Below, piece by piece: positions 47,001 to 56,195 of a stretch of 64,000 bases of DNA. Source of the stretch: Lentisphaerota bacterium. GTDB taxonomy: Bacteria; Verrucomicrobiota; Lentisphaeria; Victivallales; GWF2-38-69. The DNA lies in assembly GCA_037127655.1 (NCBI GenBank), contig JBAXXY010000001.1:26192-90191 (forward strand). The letters run 5' to 3'. The notes beneath the pieces are model-generated. The model saw only the letters and a program-made list of their open reading frames with translations, was not told the DNA's origin and made no database searches. The number at the start of each line of letters is the position of its first letter. Position 1 is the stretch's first letter. The position numbers and the translations under genes are program-made.

Positions 47001-48769
47001 CTTCCCTGTATTGGGTTTCTTAGTTTTATAATCATATCAAATGAACTTATGTTGTCCGAATCCTTGATAGGCGGCTTGTAGTCAATAATTACGATTTCTT
47101 CAGTCTTGTCAGTGAAACACGGAAGTTTAAGAAGGTTTTCTTTGAATTTTTCGGGCTCAGTAGTTTTCAGACTCTTGAAGAGCACCAGCGTGTGGGCCTT
47201 TACTCTTATCCAGCCAATGGATTTTGCGCCTGCTTCAGCTGTTACTACAGCCTGAGGATATCTGGTTTTTGGTTTGCCGAATATAGATTTTACTCCGGTA
47301 TCCTGAGGAGTTGCCTTATCGCTGGAAACATTAGGCTGTCCTGAAGGTTCCAGAAGTACGAGCCAGGTGTTGTCAGGCAGAGCTTTTTGAATCGAATCAA
47401 GCACTTCAAACCACGCATTTCTGCCATCTAAACCTTTGAAAATAGAGGCATAAACGACTTTTTGAGAATCGAGCTCTTTGGTTAATGCCCGAACAGAGTT
47501 TACGCTTTCTTGTATTTTCCTTGTCTGATCAGTGCTTGAGATAATGAGGTCATCAATTAACTTTCTTTGAGTCAGGACGCCCCAGTAAACTAAAGTCAGG
47601 CTTAGAACTATGATTGCGGCTATTGCGTAGAAATATGGAGTTTTCTTTTTGAGCAGGTGTTTGCTTTTTATGAAGAGAGGCAGGAGCGATATTTCAATCG
47701 GGCACGAGGTAATTGAATTTACCGCAAGACCTATAAGCTCAGGAAACATGTGCCCTACTGCTGTGAGTTCCTCTCTATTGACGCCTTGAGATATTGAAAT
47801 GAGATTGAAAGGATTGAGATATTCAACAGGCAATTTTAGCTTTTCAGAAAGGAAAGTATCTGTATAATTGATAATAGAACTTCCTCCTGCCAAGTAAATT
47901 TTCGAGAATTTGTTGTCAGGGCGCTGAGATTTGTAGATGTTTATCGAACGGTTTATCTCGCCGTGAATTCTGATCATGACATTTCTTATGCTTGAGGCTA
48001 CTGCAACGCTTTGTTCGTCGCCTTCCTCATGATTGCTTCCCATAGAAACATACCCGATTTTCTTCTTCAATGCTTCAGCATCTTTAAAGGGGATATTGAG
48101 ATCCTTGCTTATTTGTTGAGAAATCGAGTATCCTCCAAGCGGAATGGCTCTTGCAAAGAATTTGCCTTTATCGATAAATATTATGTTTGTACATTTGCCG
48201 CCGATATTTATAAGCGCTGAAGGCTCCGCTTTGTCGATTTCAAGGGCGCACATGCAGTTGTATGTAGAAGTGGGGCTTGTTCCGACAATGACGGTCTCAA
48301 ATCCTGCTCTTTCAAAAACGGTTACGATACTTAGAATAATATCGCTTTTAATGACAGCATACATCACGCTTAGTTCGCCCTGAACACTGTCTATGCTATT
48401 TATAATCTGATAGTCCCAGGTTACTTCTTCGATAGGAAACGGAATATTCTGCTTAGCTTCGTAGTTGACGAGCTGTTGAAGTTTCTGCGTCTTTAGGCTT
48501 GTTGAAGCAGGCAGTTTGGCAAACCTTGTGAAAACTTCCTGTCCTGAAATAGACAAATAGAGTTTTTTTGCCCTGATTTTACGAATTTGAAGTATGGAAG
48601 AAAAGGCTTTGTTAATTTCTTCGTGCCGGTTATCATCTGTTATTTCATTTAAGTATTCAACACAGGCAAAATTAATAAGCTCAAGCTTGTTATTCTTCTG
48701 CAGGAATTCAGCTGCTTTCAGAGTACAAGCGCCTACATCTACTGTAAGAACGAAACTTTCTTTTGCCAT
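46997..48769 (-). CDS. PilM (actin-like ATPase fold) fused to a PilN-like TM and periplasmic region
   Basis: Actin-fold phosphate/adenosine motifs VDVGACTLK, INIGGKCTNI and YLAGGSSII in aa 1-355. Then IEISLLP (compare the PilN INLLP motif), TM YFYAIAAIIVLSLTLVYWGVL (aa ~379-400) and about 190 aa of periplasmic sequence. Confidence 0.75.
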   Translation of the reverse strand: MAKESFVLTVDVGACTLKAAEFLQKNNKLELINFACVEYLNEITDDNRHEEINKAFSSILQIRKIRAKKLYLSISGQEVFTRFAKLPASTSLKTQKLQQLVNYEAKQNIPFPIEEVTWDYQIINSIDSVQGELSVMYAVIKSDIILSIVTVFERAGFETVIVGTSPTSTYNCMCALEIDKAEPSALINIGGKCTNIIFIDKGKFFARAIPLGGYSISQQISKDLNIPFKDAEALKKKIGYVSMGSNHEEGDEQSVAVASSIRNVMIRIHGEINRSINIYKSQRPDNKFSKIYLAGGSSIINYTDTFLSEKLKLPVEYLNPFNLISISQGVNREELTAVGHMFPELIGLAVNSITSCPIEISLLPLFIKSKHLLKKKTPYFYAIAAIIVLSLTLVYWGVLTQRKLIDDLIISSTDQTRKIQESVNSVRALTKELDSQKVVYASIFKGLDGRNAWFEVLDSIQKALPDNTWLVLLEPSGQPNVSSDKATPQDTGVKSIFGKPKTRYPQAVVTAEAGAKSIGWIRVKAHTLVLFKSLKTTEPEKFKENLLKLPCFTDKTEEIVIIDYKPPIKDSDNISSFDMIIKLRNPIQGR

Positions 48770-48831
48770 TTAATAAGCCTTTTCAAAAAAAGGATGAGGG
48801 ATTTATCAACACAGGACACATCTTGACTGAG

Positions 48832-48859
48832 ATTATATTGGAATAGAAAAACCTTTCAA
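48832..48859 (-). promoter_or_regulatory. Candidate promoter of the pilMN-secretin operon
   Basis: On the - strand: TTGAAA (48854-48859), 16-nt spacer, perfect TATAAT (48832-48837), about 60 nt upstream of the ATG at 48769. The -35 lies inside the mgtA terminator hairpin. Confidence 0.45.
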
Positions 48860-48881
48860 CAATACGCTGAAAGGTTTTTTT
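48847..48881 (-). terminator. Intrinsic terminator after mgtA (A-run and T-run on both sides)
   Basis: aaaaacctttca-acaatacgc-tgaaaggttttt: 12-bp stem with a 9-nt loop, flanked by A/T runs, 22 nt after the mgtA stop. Confidence 0.6.
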
Positions 48882-48902
48882 GTACTTTTTATATATTTTT
48901 AC

Positions 48903-51623
48903 TTATAACCAGGTTTTAAACTTCCTTATATACCAGACTTTGCAAGCTTGTGTCAGAAGGCAATAGGCAATTGTCATTACTACCAGGTAAGGGAAGTATG
49001 TCAATGGGAGAGGTACAAAACCAAGATGGCTTGCAAATGGAGCGTATGGCAACAGGATTCCTATAGCTATTACAATCGCTGTTCCGGCTACTACAGGAAA
49101 TGATGCTCTGCTTTGGATAAAAGGAATCTTTTCAGTTCTTATCATATGAACAATAAGCGTCTGAGTTATAAGCCCTTCCACAAACCATCCTGAATGAAAA
49201 AGCGCCTGCTGGGCATCGCAATTTGCATTAAAGATGTACCACATAATCGCAAATGTAGCTACATCGAATATAGAGCTTATGGGGCCTATGAACAGCATAA
49301 ATCTTTTTATCGAATTAGGATCCCATGTTCTGGGTTTTGCCATAAACTCTTGATCCATTTTGTCCCATGGGATGGCTATTTGCGAAAAGTCATACAAAAG
49401 ATTCTGAATAAGCAGCTGGACAGGCATCATCGGCAGGAATGGAAGAACTGCGCTGGCAATAAGTACGCTAAATACATTACCGAAGTTTGAACTGCATGTC
49501 ATCTGAATGTACTTCGTGATATTACCGAAAGTCCTTCTCCCTTCTCTGACGCCTTCTTCAAGAACCAGCAAACTTTTCTCAAGAAGAATTATATCAGCGG
49601 CTTCTTTTGCAAGGTCCGAGCCTGTATCGACAGATATGCCCACATCTGCTTCTCTTAAAGCCAGAGCGTCATTAATGCCGTCGCCCATGAATCCGACCAC
49701 ATGCTTCTGATTCTTGAGATTTCTGACTATTCTTGCTTTATTTGACGGGGAAAGTTTTGCAAAAACGGTGCAATTCTTAGTTTTTTCAGTAAGCTCTTCT
49801 TCTGTGAGTTTATCGATTTCAGGGCCGATTATAACTCCTTTGATAGGAAGTCCTACATCTCTGCAGATTTTTCTTGAAACAAGGTCATTATCGCCTGTTA
49901 ATACCTTGACCTCAATTCCATGCTGCATCAAAAGCGAAAGCGCCTGAGAGGTAGATTCCTTCGGTGGGTCCAGGAAGGCAATATATCCTGAGAAAATCAG
50001 GTCTTTTTCATCTTCTACAGAAAACTTATCCTCTTCCCAGTTCGTGATTTGTTTATAAGCAACGACGACGACTCTTAGCCCGTCTTCAGAAAGTTTGTCT
50101 TTAAGGTCAGCCAAAGCATTGGCGTATTCATCCGTAATATCCTTGAGTTCGCCGCTTCTGAGTTCGATTTTCGTACAGTTTCTAATAGTTTCTTCGACTG
50201 CGCCTTTGCAGATGAAAAGTTTTTCCTTGGTATCTGTTTTCTCCAGAATCACTGACATTCTTCTTCTTACAAAGTCGAAGGGGATCTCATCAATGAGTCT
50301 GTATTCCTTGGCAATTGGGGTAATTTGTTTATCTTCGGCCCTTGTTACTACTGCCTTGTCCAAAAGATTTTTCAGACCCGTCTGGAAATGACTGTTAAGA
50401 AAGGCGTATTTAAGAACTACAGGCGACTTTTCGCCTGACAAATCCATGTGCTTGATAAGAACTACTTTGTCCTGAGTCAGAGTCCCTGTTTTATCTGTAC
50501 AGAGGATATCAATAGCTCCGAAATTCTGAATACAGCTTAAATTTTTAACAACAGTTTTCTTTCTGGCTAAAGCAACGGCTCCTCGGGCCAGATTAGCATT
50601 AAGAATCATCGGTAGCATTTCAGGAGTCAAACCTACAGCTACTGAAATAGCAAAAAGGAACGCATCAGTCCAGTCATTTTTCATGAACCCATTTATCAGG
50701 AAAACTATGGGGGCCATCACTACCATGAATTTAACAAGGAGTTTGCCCACGCTGTCAACGCCCTTGTCAAAAGCTGTCTGCGATCTTTTTCCAAGAAGTT
50801 GTGATGCCATTGAACCAAAGAAAGTATTTTGCCCCGTGCAGAGGACAAGAGCTTTTGCCGTGCCGCTTACCACGCTGCTTCCCATCAGGCACATTGTCGG
50901 CTGGTCTATCGAACTTGCTTTCTCAGCGGCTTCGCCCTTTATTTTATCATCATGAATATAACTTTGAAGAGGAGCAGATTTTTTGAGTTTTTTAAAAGTT
51001 TCATGTTTTTCTACAGGCAAAGCCTCGCCGGTGATTGCAGATTGACTCACAAAAAGGTCTCTACTGCTTATAAGCCTAACATCTCCCGGAATCATATCCC
51101 CTGCAGAAAGATGAACTAAATCTCCAGGTACAAGATCTTCCATCGGGATATCTATTTCTTTAGTAACTAGTTTCTTGTTCTCGTATATTTGCCTAACTAC
51201 CGTAGCCTTGTTATGAACAAGTTTTTTTAGATACTCGGCTTCCATCACAGCTTTGCTTTCCTGCCAGAATCTCAGAACCGTGCTTAGTAGAATCATTGTG
51301 CCCATAACCACAGCTCCGCTGTCATCTCCAGTAGCGTATGAAACAAGCATAAGGATGAGCAAAATCATATTGAAAGGAGTCTTGAAGGAATATAGGAATA
51401 TCTTCCAGCGTGGAGGGGGTTTCTGTATCGAAACCACATTTTTGCCGTATATAGCAAGAAGTTCTTTAACTCTATCGGGCTTTAAACCTCTGTCGCCTGT
51501 TTCGAATTTTCCCATCAGTTTGTCTATACTCAGAAGCGACAAACTCTTGAGCTGTTCGCGAACTAGCTCTGCATGAGCCTTTTGTTCGTCTTCATATTTT
51601 TTCTTCTGTCTAAAAATGAACAT
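48903..51623 (-). CDS. mgtA: Magnesium-translocating P-type ATPase
   Basis: ICTDKTGTLT, TGDN, GDGINDALAL, and the MgtA-typical LTPEMLPMIL in TM4. The ~900 aa length matches MgtA/MgtB. Confidence 0.9.
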   Translation of the reverse strand: MFIFRQKKKYEDEQKAHAELVREQLKSLSLLSIDKLMGKFETGDRGLKPDRVKELLAIYGKNVVSIQKPPPRWKIFLYSFKTPFNMILLILMLVSYATGDDSGAVVMGTMILLSTVLRFWQESKAVMEAEYLKKLVHNKATVVRQIYENKKLVTKEIDIPMEDLVPGDLVHLSAGDMIPGDVRLISSRDLFVSQSAITGEALPVEKHETFKKLKKSAPLQSYIHDDKIKGEAAEKASSIDQPTMCLMGSSVVSGTAKALVLCTGQNTFFGSMASQLLGKRSQTAFDKGVDSVGKLLVKFMVVMAPIVFLINGFMKNDWTDAFLFAISVAVGLTPEMLPMILNANLARGAVALARKKTVVKNLSCIQNFGAIDILCTDKTGTLTQDKVVLIKHMDLSGEKSPVVLKYAFLNSHFQTGLKNLLDKAVVTRAEDKQITPIAKEYRLIDEIPFDFVRRRMSVILEKTDTKEKLFICKGAVEETIRNCTKIELRSGELKDITDEYANALADLKDKLSEDGLRVVVVAYKQITNWEEDKFSVEDEKDLIFSGYIAFLDPPKESTSQALSLLMQHGIEVKVLTGDNDLVSRKICRDVGLPIKGVIIGPEIDKLTEEELTEKTKNCTVFAKLSPSNKARIVRNLKNQKHVVGFMGDGINDALALREADVGISVDTGSDLAKEAADIILLEKSLLVLEEGVREGRRTFGNITKYIQMTCSSNFGNVFSVLIASAVLPFLPMMPVQLLIQNLLYDFSQIAIPWDKMDQEFMAKPRTWDPNSIKRFMLFIGPISSIFDVATFAIMWYIFNANCDAQQALFHSGWFVEGLITQTLIVHMIRTEKIPFIQSRASFPVVAGTAIVIAIGILLPYAPFASHLGFVPLPLTYFPYLVVMTIAYCLLTQACKVWYIRKFKTWL

Positions 51624-51716
51624 AAACTACCTCAGTTTAATAAGTAGAAAAAGTGGACGATATCGACGACGGCGCCGAAAAAAGAAGTTGATTAGGAGAA
51701 CCAACCTTTTTGGACG

Positions 51717-51745
51717 ATTATAGCTGAAAGCTGAAAAACTCGCTA
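51717..51745 (-). promoter_or_regulatory. Candidate mgtA promoter with a ~90-nt leader
   Basis: On the - strand: TAGCGA (51740-51745, weak -35), 17-nt spacer, perfect TATAAT (51717-51722). Confidence 0.3.
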
Positions 51746-51782
51746 TTTAACAAAAAGTATTAACAAAAAATTAACAAATCGA

Positions 51783-53279
51783 TCAGTCAACAGAATAATT
51801 TGGAGCATCTTTAGTTATCTCTATGTCATGCGGGTGAGATTCTCTTAATCCGGCCGCGGTAACTTTAACAAACTGGGCGTTCTTCCTAAGCTCAGGAATA
51901 GTTTTTGTGCCGCAGTACCCCAGAGAATATTTAATTCCACCGATGTATTGAGTTAAAACATCCTTGACTGAGCCTCTGAAGAGAACCATCCCTTCAACAC
52001 CTTGCGGAACTAGATTGTCAATTTTCTCTTCTTTGACGCCATATCTTTCTCTGCTTCCGGCACTTGATTTCATTGCCTCCAAACTTCCCATGCCTCTGTA
52101 AATAACATAGGTTCTGCCTTTGTGTGAAATTTTTTCACCCGGACTTTCGAGAGTGGCGGCAAGAACTGAGCCCATCATTACTGTCGATGCGCCCGCTCCG
52201 AGAGCTTTTGCAGCATCTCCTGACTGTTTGATACCGCCATCAGCGATAATTGGAATATCATTACCTACAGCTTTTGATGCCCTGTAGATGGCGCTGATTT
52301 GCGGGATGCCAACTCCTGCTACAACTCTTGTCGTGCAGATTGAACCGGGACCGATCCCGATTTTAACTGCGTCTGCGCCTGCTCTCATAATAGCCTTTGC
52401 ACCTTCTTCTGTTCCCACATTGCCTGCCACTATATCTATCTGGGGATGTTTTTTCTTGCAGCAAGTAATTGTTTCAAGTACACCTTTTGAATGTCCATGA
52501 GCAGTATCAATTACGATTGCATCGCAGTGAGCCTCAATTAGGGCCTCTATCCTATCATATTCGTATGGTCCTGCTGCTGCTGCTACTCTTAAACGGTGAT
52601 CATTGTCTCTCGTGTAAAGCGGATTTAAGTTATCAATAATTGATTTAACATCTTCAAAACTGTAAAGTCCTGCCAGTTTGCCCTTTGAAGTTATCAGTGG
52701 AAGTTTGCCGATTTTATTTGTCTTCATTATCTCGAAGGCTTTAGTGAGGGGAGTGCCGTCTGGGGCAGTAATTAGGGTTTCGACCATGACATCTTTGAGT
52801 TTTGCTCTCTTGTCAGAGACATACTTTAAATCCCTTCTTGTGATCATTCCAAGTAGCACTCCTTCATCGTCAACTATTGGGAAACCGCAGAATTTATATT
52901 TTTTATCTTCTCTTTCATTATGGAGGTGCCTGACAGTCTGCTCTGCATGGAATACTACGGGCGTTTTAATAAGGCCATTTAGATAACCTTTTACTTTTCT
53001 GACTTCTTCAGCCTGTTGCTTGACAGTCAGATTCTTGTGTATTACGCCAATTCCGCCCGCTTGGGCCATCGCAATAGCCATAGCGCTTTCAGTTACTGTG
53101 TCCATTGCGGCGCTGACAAAGGGGATGTTGAGTTCTATATTGCGTGAAAACTTTGTTCTTATATCGCTCTCTGATGGAAGGAAATCTGAAAAAGCCGTTA
53201 CCAATGACACATCATCAAATGTAAGAGCTTCATTCTCGAAAGCTGACATAAATTTGTCGAGTTTCTTATTTATAGACAT
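51783..53279 (-). CDS. guaB: IMP dehydrogenase
   Basis: AAMDTVTE, a CBS pair, catalytic loop [17 protein letters not shown] and GSLEAM. Confidence 0.95.
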   Translation of the reverse strand: MSINKKLDKFMSAFENEALTFDDVSLVTAFSDFLPSESDIRTKFSRNIELNIPFVSAAMDTVTESAMAIAMAQAGGIGVIHKNLTVKQQAEEVRKVKGYLNGLIKTPVVFHAEQTVRHLHNEREDKKYKFCGFPIVDDEGVLLGMITRRDLKYVSDKRAKLKDVMVETLITAPDGTPLTKAFEIMKTNKIGKLPLITSKGKLAGLYSFEDVKSIIDNLNPLYTRDNDHRLRVAAAAGPYEYDRIEALIEAHCDAIVIDTAHGHSKGVLETITCCKKKHPQIDIVAGNVGTEEGAKAIMRAGADAVKIGIGPGSICTTRVVAGVGIPQISAIYRASKAVGNDIPIIADGGIKQSGDAAKALGAGASTVMMGSVLAATLESPGEKISHKGRTYVIYRGMGSLEAMKSSAGSRERYGVKEEKIDNLVPQGVEGMVLFRGSVKDVLTQYIGGIKYSLGYCGTKTIPELRKNAQFVKVTAAGLRESHPHDIEITKDAPNYSVD

Positions 53280-53301
53280 GGTTTATATTCCCCTTTATTT
53301 T

Positions 53302-53916
53302 TTACTGTTCTTCAAGCATGAATACACAAGTGGCTGCAAATAAATTAGGCCAGTACTTCGAGGCAAACTTCATTGTATTATTTGCCGGTATCTCCTTTAA
53401 AATTTTAAGATTCAAATCGTGGCAAAGCATTCTGAAATCTTTTATCGTTCCCAAGTGAATATTTGGTGTGTTGTACCACTGGTGGGGAAGAGTTTTTGTT
53501 ATTGGCATTTGCCCTGCAAACATCAGTTGAAGCCTTGCTCTGTAGAACCCGAAATTTATAAAGCTCACTAGCACTTTTTTCCCAACTCTACTCATTTCCT
53601 TAAGCAGCGAATCTGCTTTATGGATTGTCTGGAGTGTCTGGCTGAGAATTACGAAATCAAAAGTTTTGTCTTTGATTTCAGGAAGGCCCTCATTCAAATT
53701 CCCGTGAACGACCGAAACGCCTCTTTTCACGCATTCGATAATCATATCCTGATAGAGTTCTATGCCTGAACCAGAAATATTTTTGGTTTTGACAAGGTAG
53801 TCAAGGAGCGAACCGTCTCCGCATCCAAGGTCAAGAACTTTAGATTTTTTATCAACCATGTTCGCAATAATATGCAAATCAGGCCTGTTTTTAAAAATTG
53901 GATATTTGTTATGCAT
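53302..53916 (-). CDS. metW: Methionine biosynthesis protein MetW
   Basis: SAM-MTase-like VLDLGCGDGSLL, ILSQTLQ, and about 200 aa in length. It overlaps the metX stop by 8 nt, the classical metXW arrangement. Confidence 0.85.
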   Translation of the reverse strand: MHNKYPIFKNRPDLHIIANMVDKKSKVLDLGCGDGSLLDYLVKTKNISGSGIELYQDMIIECVKRGVSVVHGNLNEGLPEIKDKTFDFVILSQTLQTIHKADSLLKEMSRVGKKVLVSFINFGFYRARLQLMFAGQMPITKTLPHQWYNTPNIHLGTIKDFRMLCHDLNLKILKEIPANNTMKFASKYWPNLFAATCVFMLEEQ

Positions 53917-55063
53917 CTACATTATTAACCTTTTCGAAAACACTGCTTAAATAATCAGAAATAAGCCTGCCCACCGTATCGACTTCAAGCAAAAAGGCAT
54001 CGTGTCCATAATTTGAATCTATATTGCAGTAAACTACATCTTTATTATTAGCTCTAAGCGCTTTAACTATATCTTTTGAATTAGAAGGAGAGAAAAGCCA
54101 GTCGCTTGAAAATGAAACGACCAGAAATCTTGACATAACTTTTGAAAAACACTCTGTGAGGTCGCCTTTGGACTTTTCCGCAAGATCGAAGTAATCCATT
54201 GCCCTTGTGATGTAGAGATAACAATTGGCATCAAATCTTTCGACAAACCTCTGTCCTTGATATTCAAGATAGTTTTCCACTTCGAAATTCTTGGAAAAGT
54301 CATAGCCGTAATTGTCGGCTTCCCTGAGTTTCCTGCCGAACTTGTTGCTCATAGACTCATCGCTTAAGTATGTGATATGTGCAAGCATTCTTGCAATGGC
54401 CAGCCCATTTTCAGGCACTTCATTCTCATAGTTTCCATTGGATTTGCTCCAAACGGGATCTTTCATTATGGCATCACGACCTACCCAATTGAACGCTATT
54501 GACTGCGAAGACAATCTTGCGCAGGTAGCTATGGCGCTGACACTTTCAACTCTATCAGGATAATCTAGCGCCCACTGAAGAGCCTGCATTCCCCCCATCG
54601 AACCGCCAACGACATTGAGCCATTTGGGGATTCCAAGATAGTCCATCAGTCTGTGCTGGGCTCTGACCATATCGGCAATTGTTATAAACGGAAAATCAAG
54701 GTTGTAGGGTTTTTGAGTTTTAGGGTTGATTGAACGAGGCCCAGTCGAACCTGAACATCCTCCGATGCAGTTACTACAGACTATATGGTATTTGTCTGTA
54801 TCGAACGCTTTGCCAGGGCCGACCATTTCATCCCACCATCCCGGTTTTTTATCGCTTTCTTCGTAGTAGCCTGCCGCATGAGCATTGCCCGTAAGGGCGT
54901 GTATGATGAGAATGGCATTTGTCCTGTTCTTGTTGAGTTTGCCGTAGGTTTCGTAACGAATAGTTACAGGTGATAGCATCTTGCCACAGTCGAGAGCCAA
55001 GGCATCGCTTCCATCCATCCCGAAAGTGAAATCGTGATATTTAACTATTCCTACGCTTCTCAT
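53909..55063 (-). CDS. metX: Homoserine O-acetyltransferase
   Basis: NAILIIHALTGNAHAAG, nucleophile elbow VVGGSMGGMQALQW, and C-terminal YGHDAFLLE. Confidence 0.9.
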   Translation of the reverse strand: MRSVGIVKYHDFTFGMDGSDALALDCGKMLSPVTIRYETYGKLNKNRTNAILIIHALTGNAHAAGYYEESDKKPGWWDEMVGPGKAFDTDKYHIVCSNCIGGCSGSTGPRSINPKTQKPYNLDFPFITIADMVRAQHRLMDYLGIPKWLNVVGGSMGGMQALQWALDYPDRVESVSAIATCARLSSQSIAFNWVGRDAIMKDPVWSKSNGNYENEVPENGLAIARMLAHITYLSDESMSNKFGRKLREADNYGYDFSKNFEVENYLEYQGQRFVERFDANCYLYITRAMDYFDLAEKSKGDLTECFSKVMSRFLVVSFSSDWLFSPSNSKDIVKALRANNKDVVYCNIDSNYGHDAFLLEVDTVGRLISDYLSSVFEKVNNVDA

Positions 55064-55066
55064 AAA

Positions 55067-56149
55067 TTAGAGTGATTCTCTTTTTTCCACCCACTGTTTA
55101 ATCTGCGCAATTTTCTTCTGCCAGTCGGGCGATTTTGTTTCCTGAATAAACTTGCTAAAGAGTGCCCTGAATACAGTTTTAAAAGTCAGAAGATTATCAA
55201 TTCTTTCGGCAAAGCGGCTGTTATGCTCCATCTCTTCGCCCTGCGGAAGAATAACTGACGAGAACGAAAAACTGTCTGCGTCAAATGTAGCGCTCCAATT
55301 CTCATCATCCTTAGCAAATACGATTTTTGCTTTCTTAAGCTTTTTCCCTACATTCAGAGCCGCTCTGGCTTCTGCGCTTCTAAGAGGGTTTCCCTTTTTA
55401 ACTGCTGACTCAAGCGCTCCATCTCCATCAGATATGAATGACAAAGGCCCATCAATCATAAATCCAAATTTACCTAGATTTTTAACATCGAATTCTCCTC
55501 CGTCCTCTTCACTGAAGAACCACAGCCATGTGAGAAAATCCCTTCCTGCCATGAGGTCATCATCAACATTTGGAAAGAGCTTCATCCCGGCATAATGTGA
55601 TGGATTAAGTTTTTCCTCTATCATAATTTCTTCTGCGCTAAGCTCAATTGGGATGATTTTTACAGTCTTTTCAAATAAGGCAAGAAAAGTATCCATCTGC
55701 CCCTGAGAAGTAGCGCCGAAATAGACGCTATTGTCTCTTTTATCTATGACAAACGGAATACCAGAAATAGATGGCACCATCTGCGGAAGTCTCTTTTCTT
55801 CCACCGTTGCTTTTATCTCTTTTCTTATCTTTCTTGGAATATCAGCTGAACCTGTAGCTCTCATATAGACAAGTTCTTCCATCTTTATTTCAGCTTTCAT
55901 AAGCTGAGCAGGAACTTTCCGTTGAGCAATTCTGAGGTACAAATATATATGTCCGCCCAATGTGGCTGTTTCCTCGTCAATTGTTCTTTCAAGCAAATGA
56001 CGGCCGCTTACCCAGCCTATTTGCGGTTCATTTTTAACTTCGTCGAGCTTCCCTGCGCAGTTGCTGTTAAAGTCCTTCAAAAAATCTTCTGGAAGATCTT
56101 TTGAGAGTTTCAAAAATTTTACGGAAAAACTTCCTCTTTCAAATGGCAT
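55067..56149 (-). CDS. RdgC-like recombination-associated protein
   Basis: N-terminal pattern F-x-x-F-K-L...IGWVSG, then RKVPAQLMKAEI, resembles RdgC (MxFKNL...GWV...ILP). At 360 aa it is longer than E. coli RdgC. Moderate recognition only. Confidence 0.5.
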   Translation of the reverse strand: MPFERGSFSVKFLKLSKDLPEDFLKDFNSNCAGKLDEVKNEPQIGWVSGRHLLERTIDEETATLGGHIYLYLRIAQRKVPAQLMKAEIKMEELVYMRATGSADIPRKIRKEIKATVEEKRLPQMVPSISGIPFVIDKRDNSVYFGATSQGQMDTFLALFEKTVKIIPIELSAEEIMIEEKLNPSHYAGMKLFPNVDDDLMAGRDFLTWLWFFSEEDGGEFDVKNLGKFGFMIDGPLSFISDGDGALESAVKKGNPLRSAEARAALNVGKKLKKAKIVFAKDDENWSATFDADSFSFSSVILPQGEEMEHNSRFAERIDNLLTFKTVFRALFSKFIQETKSPDWQKKIAQIKQWVEKRESL

Positions 56150-56195
56150 AATTACTTCTCTTTCAATTTATTAATCTATTATTATTGAGTTTTAT

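Noticed and set aside
51624-51782. M-box (ykoK) riboswitch upstream of mgtA
   Set aside because: I could not find the conserved M-box core sequences by eye. The region is kept only as an unexplained leader, not called as a riboswitch.
55152-55595. 147-aa + strand ORF inside the rdgC-like gene
   Set aside because: It is an antisense shadow ORF with a Ser/Leu-rich translation, while the opposite strand has the coherent protein.
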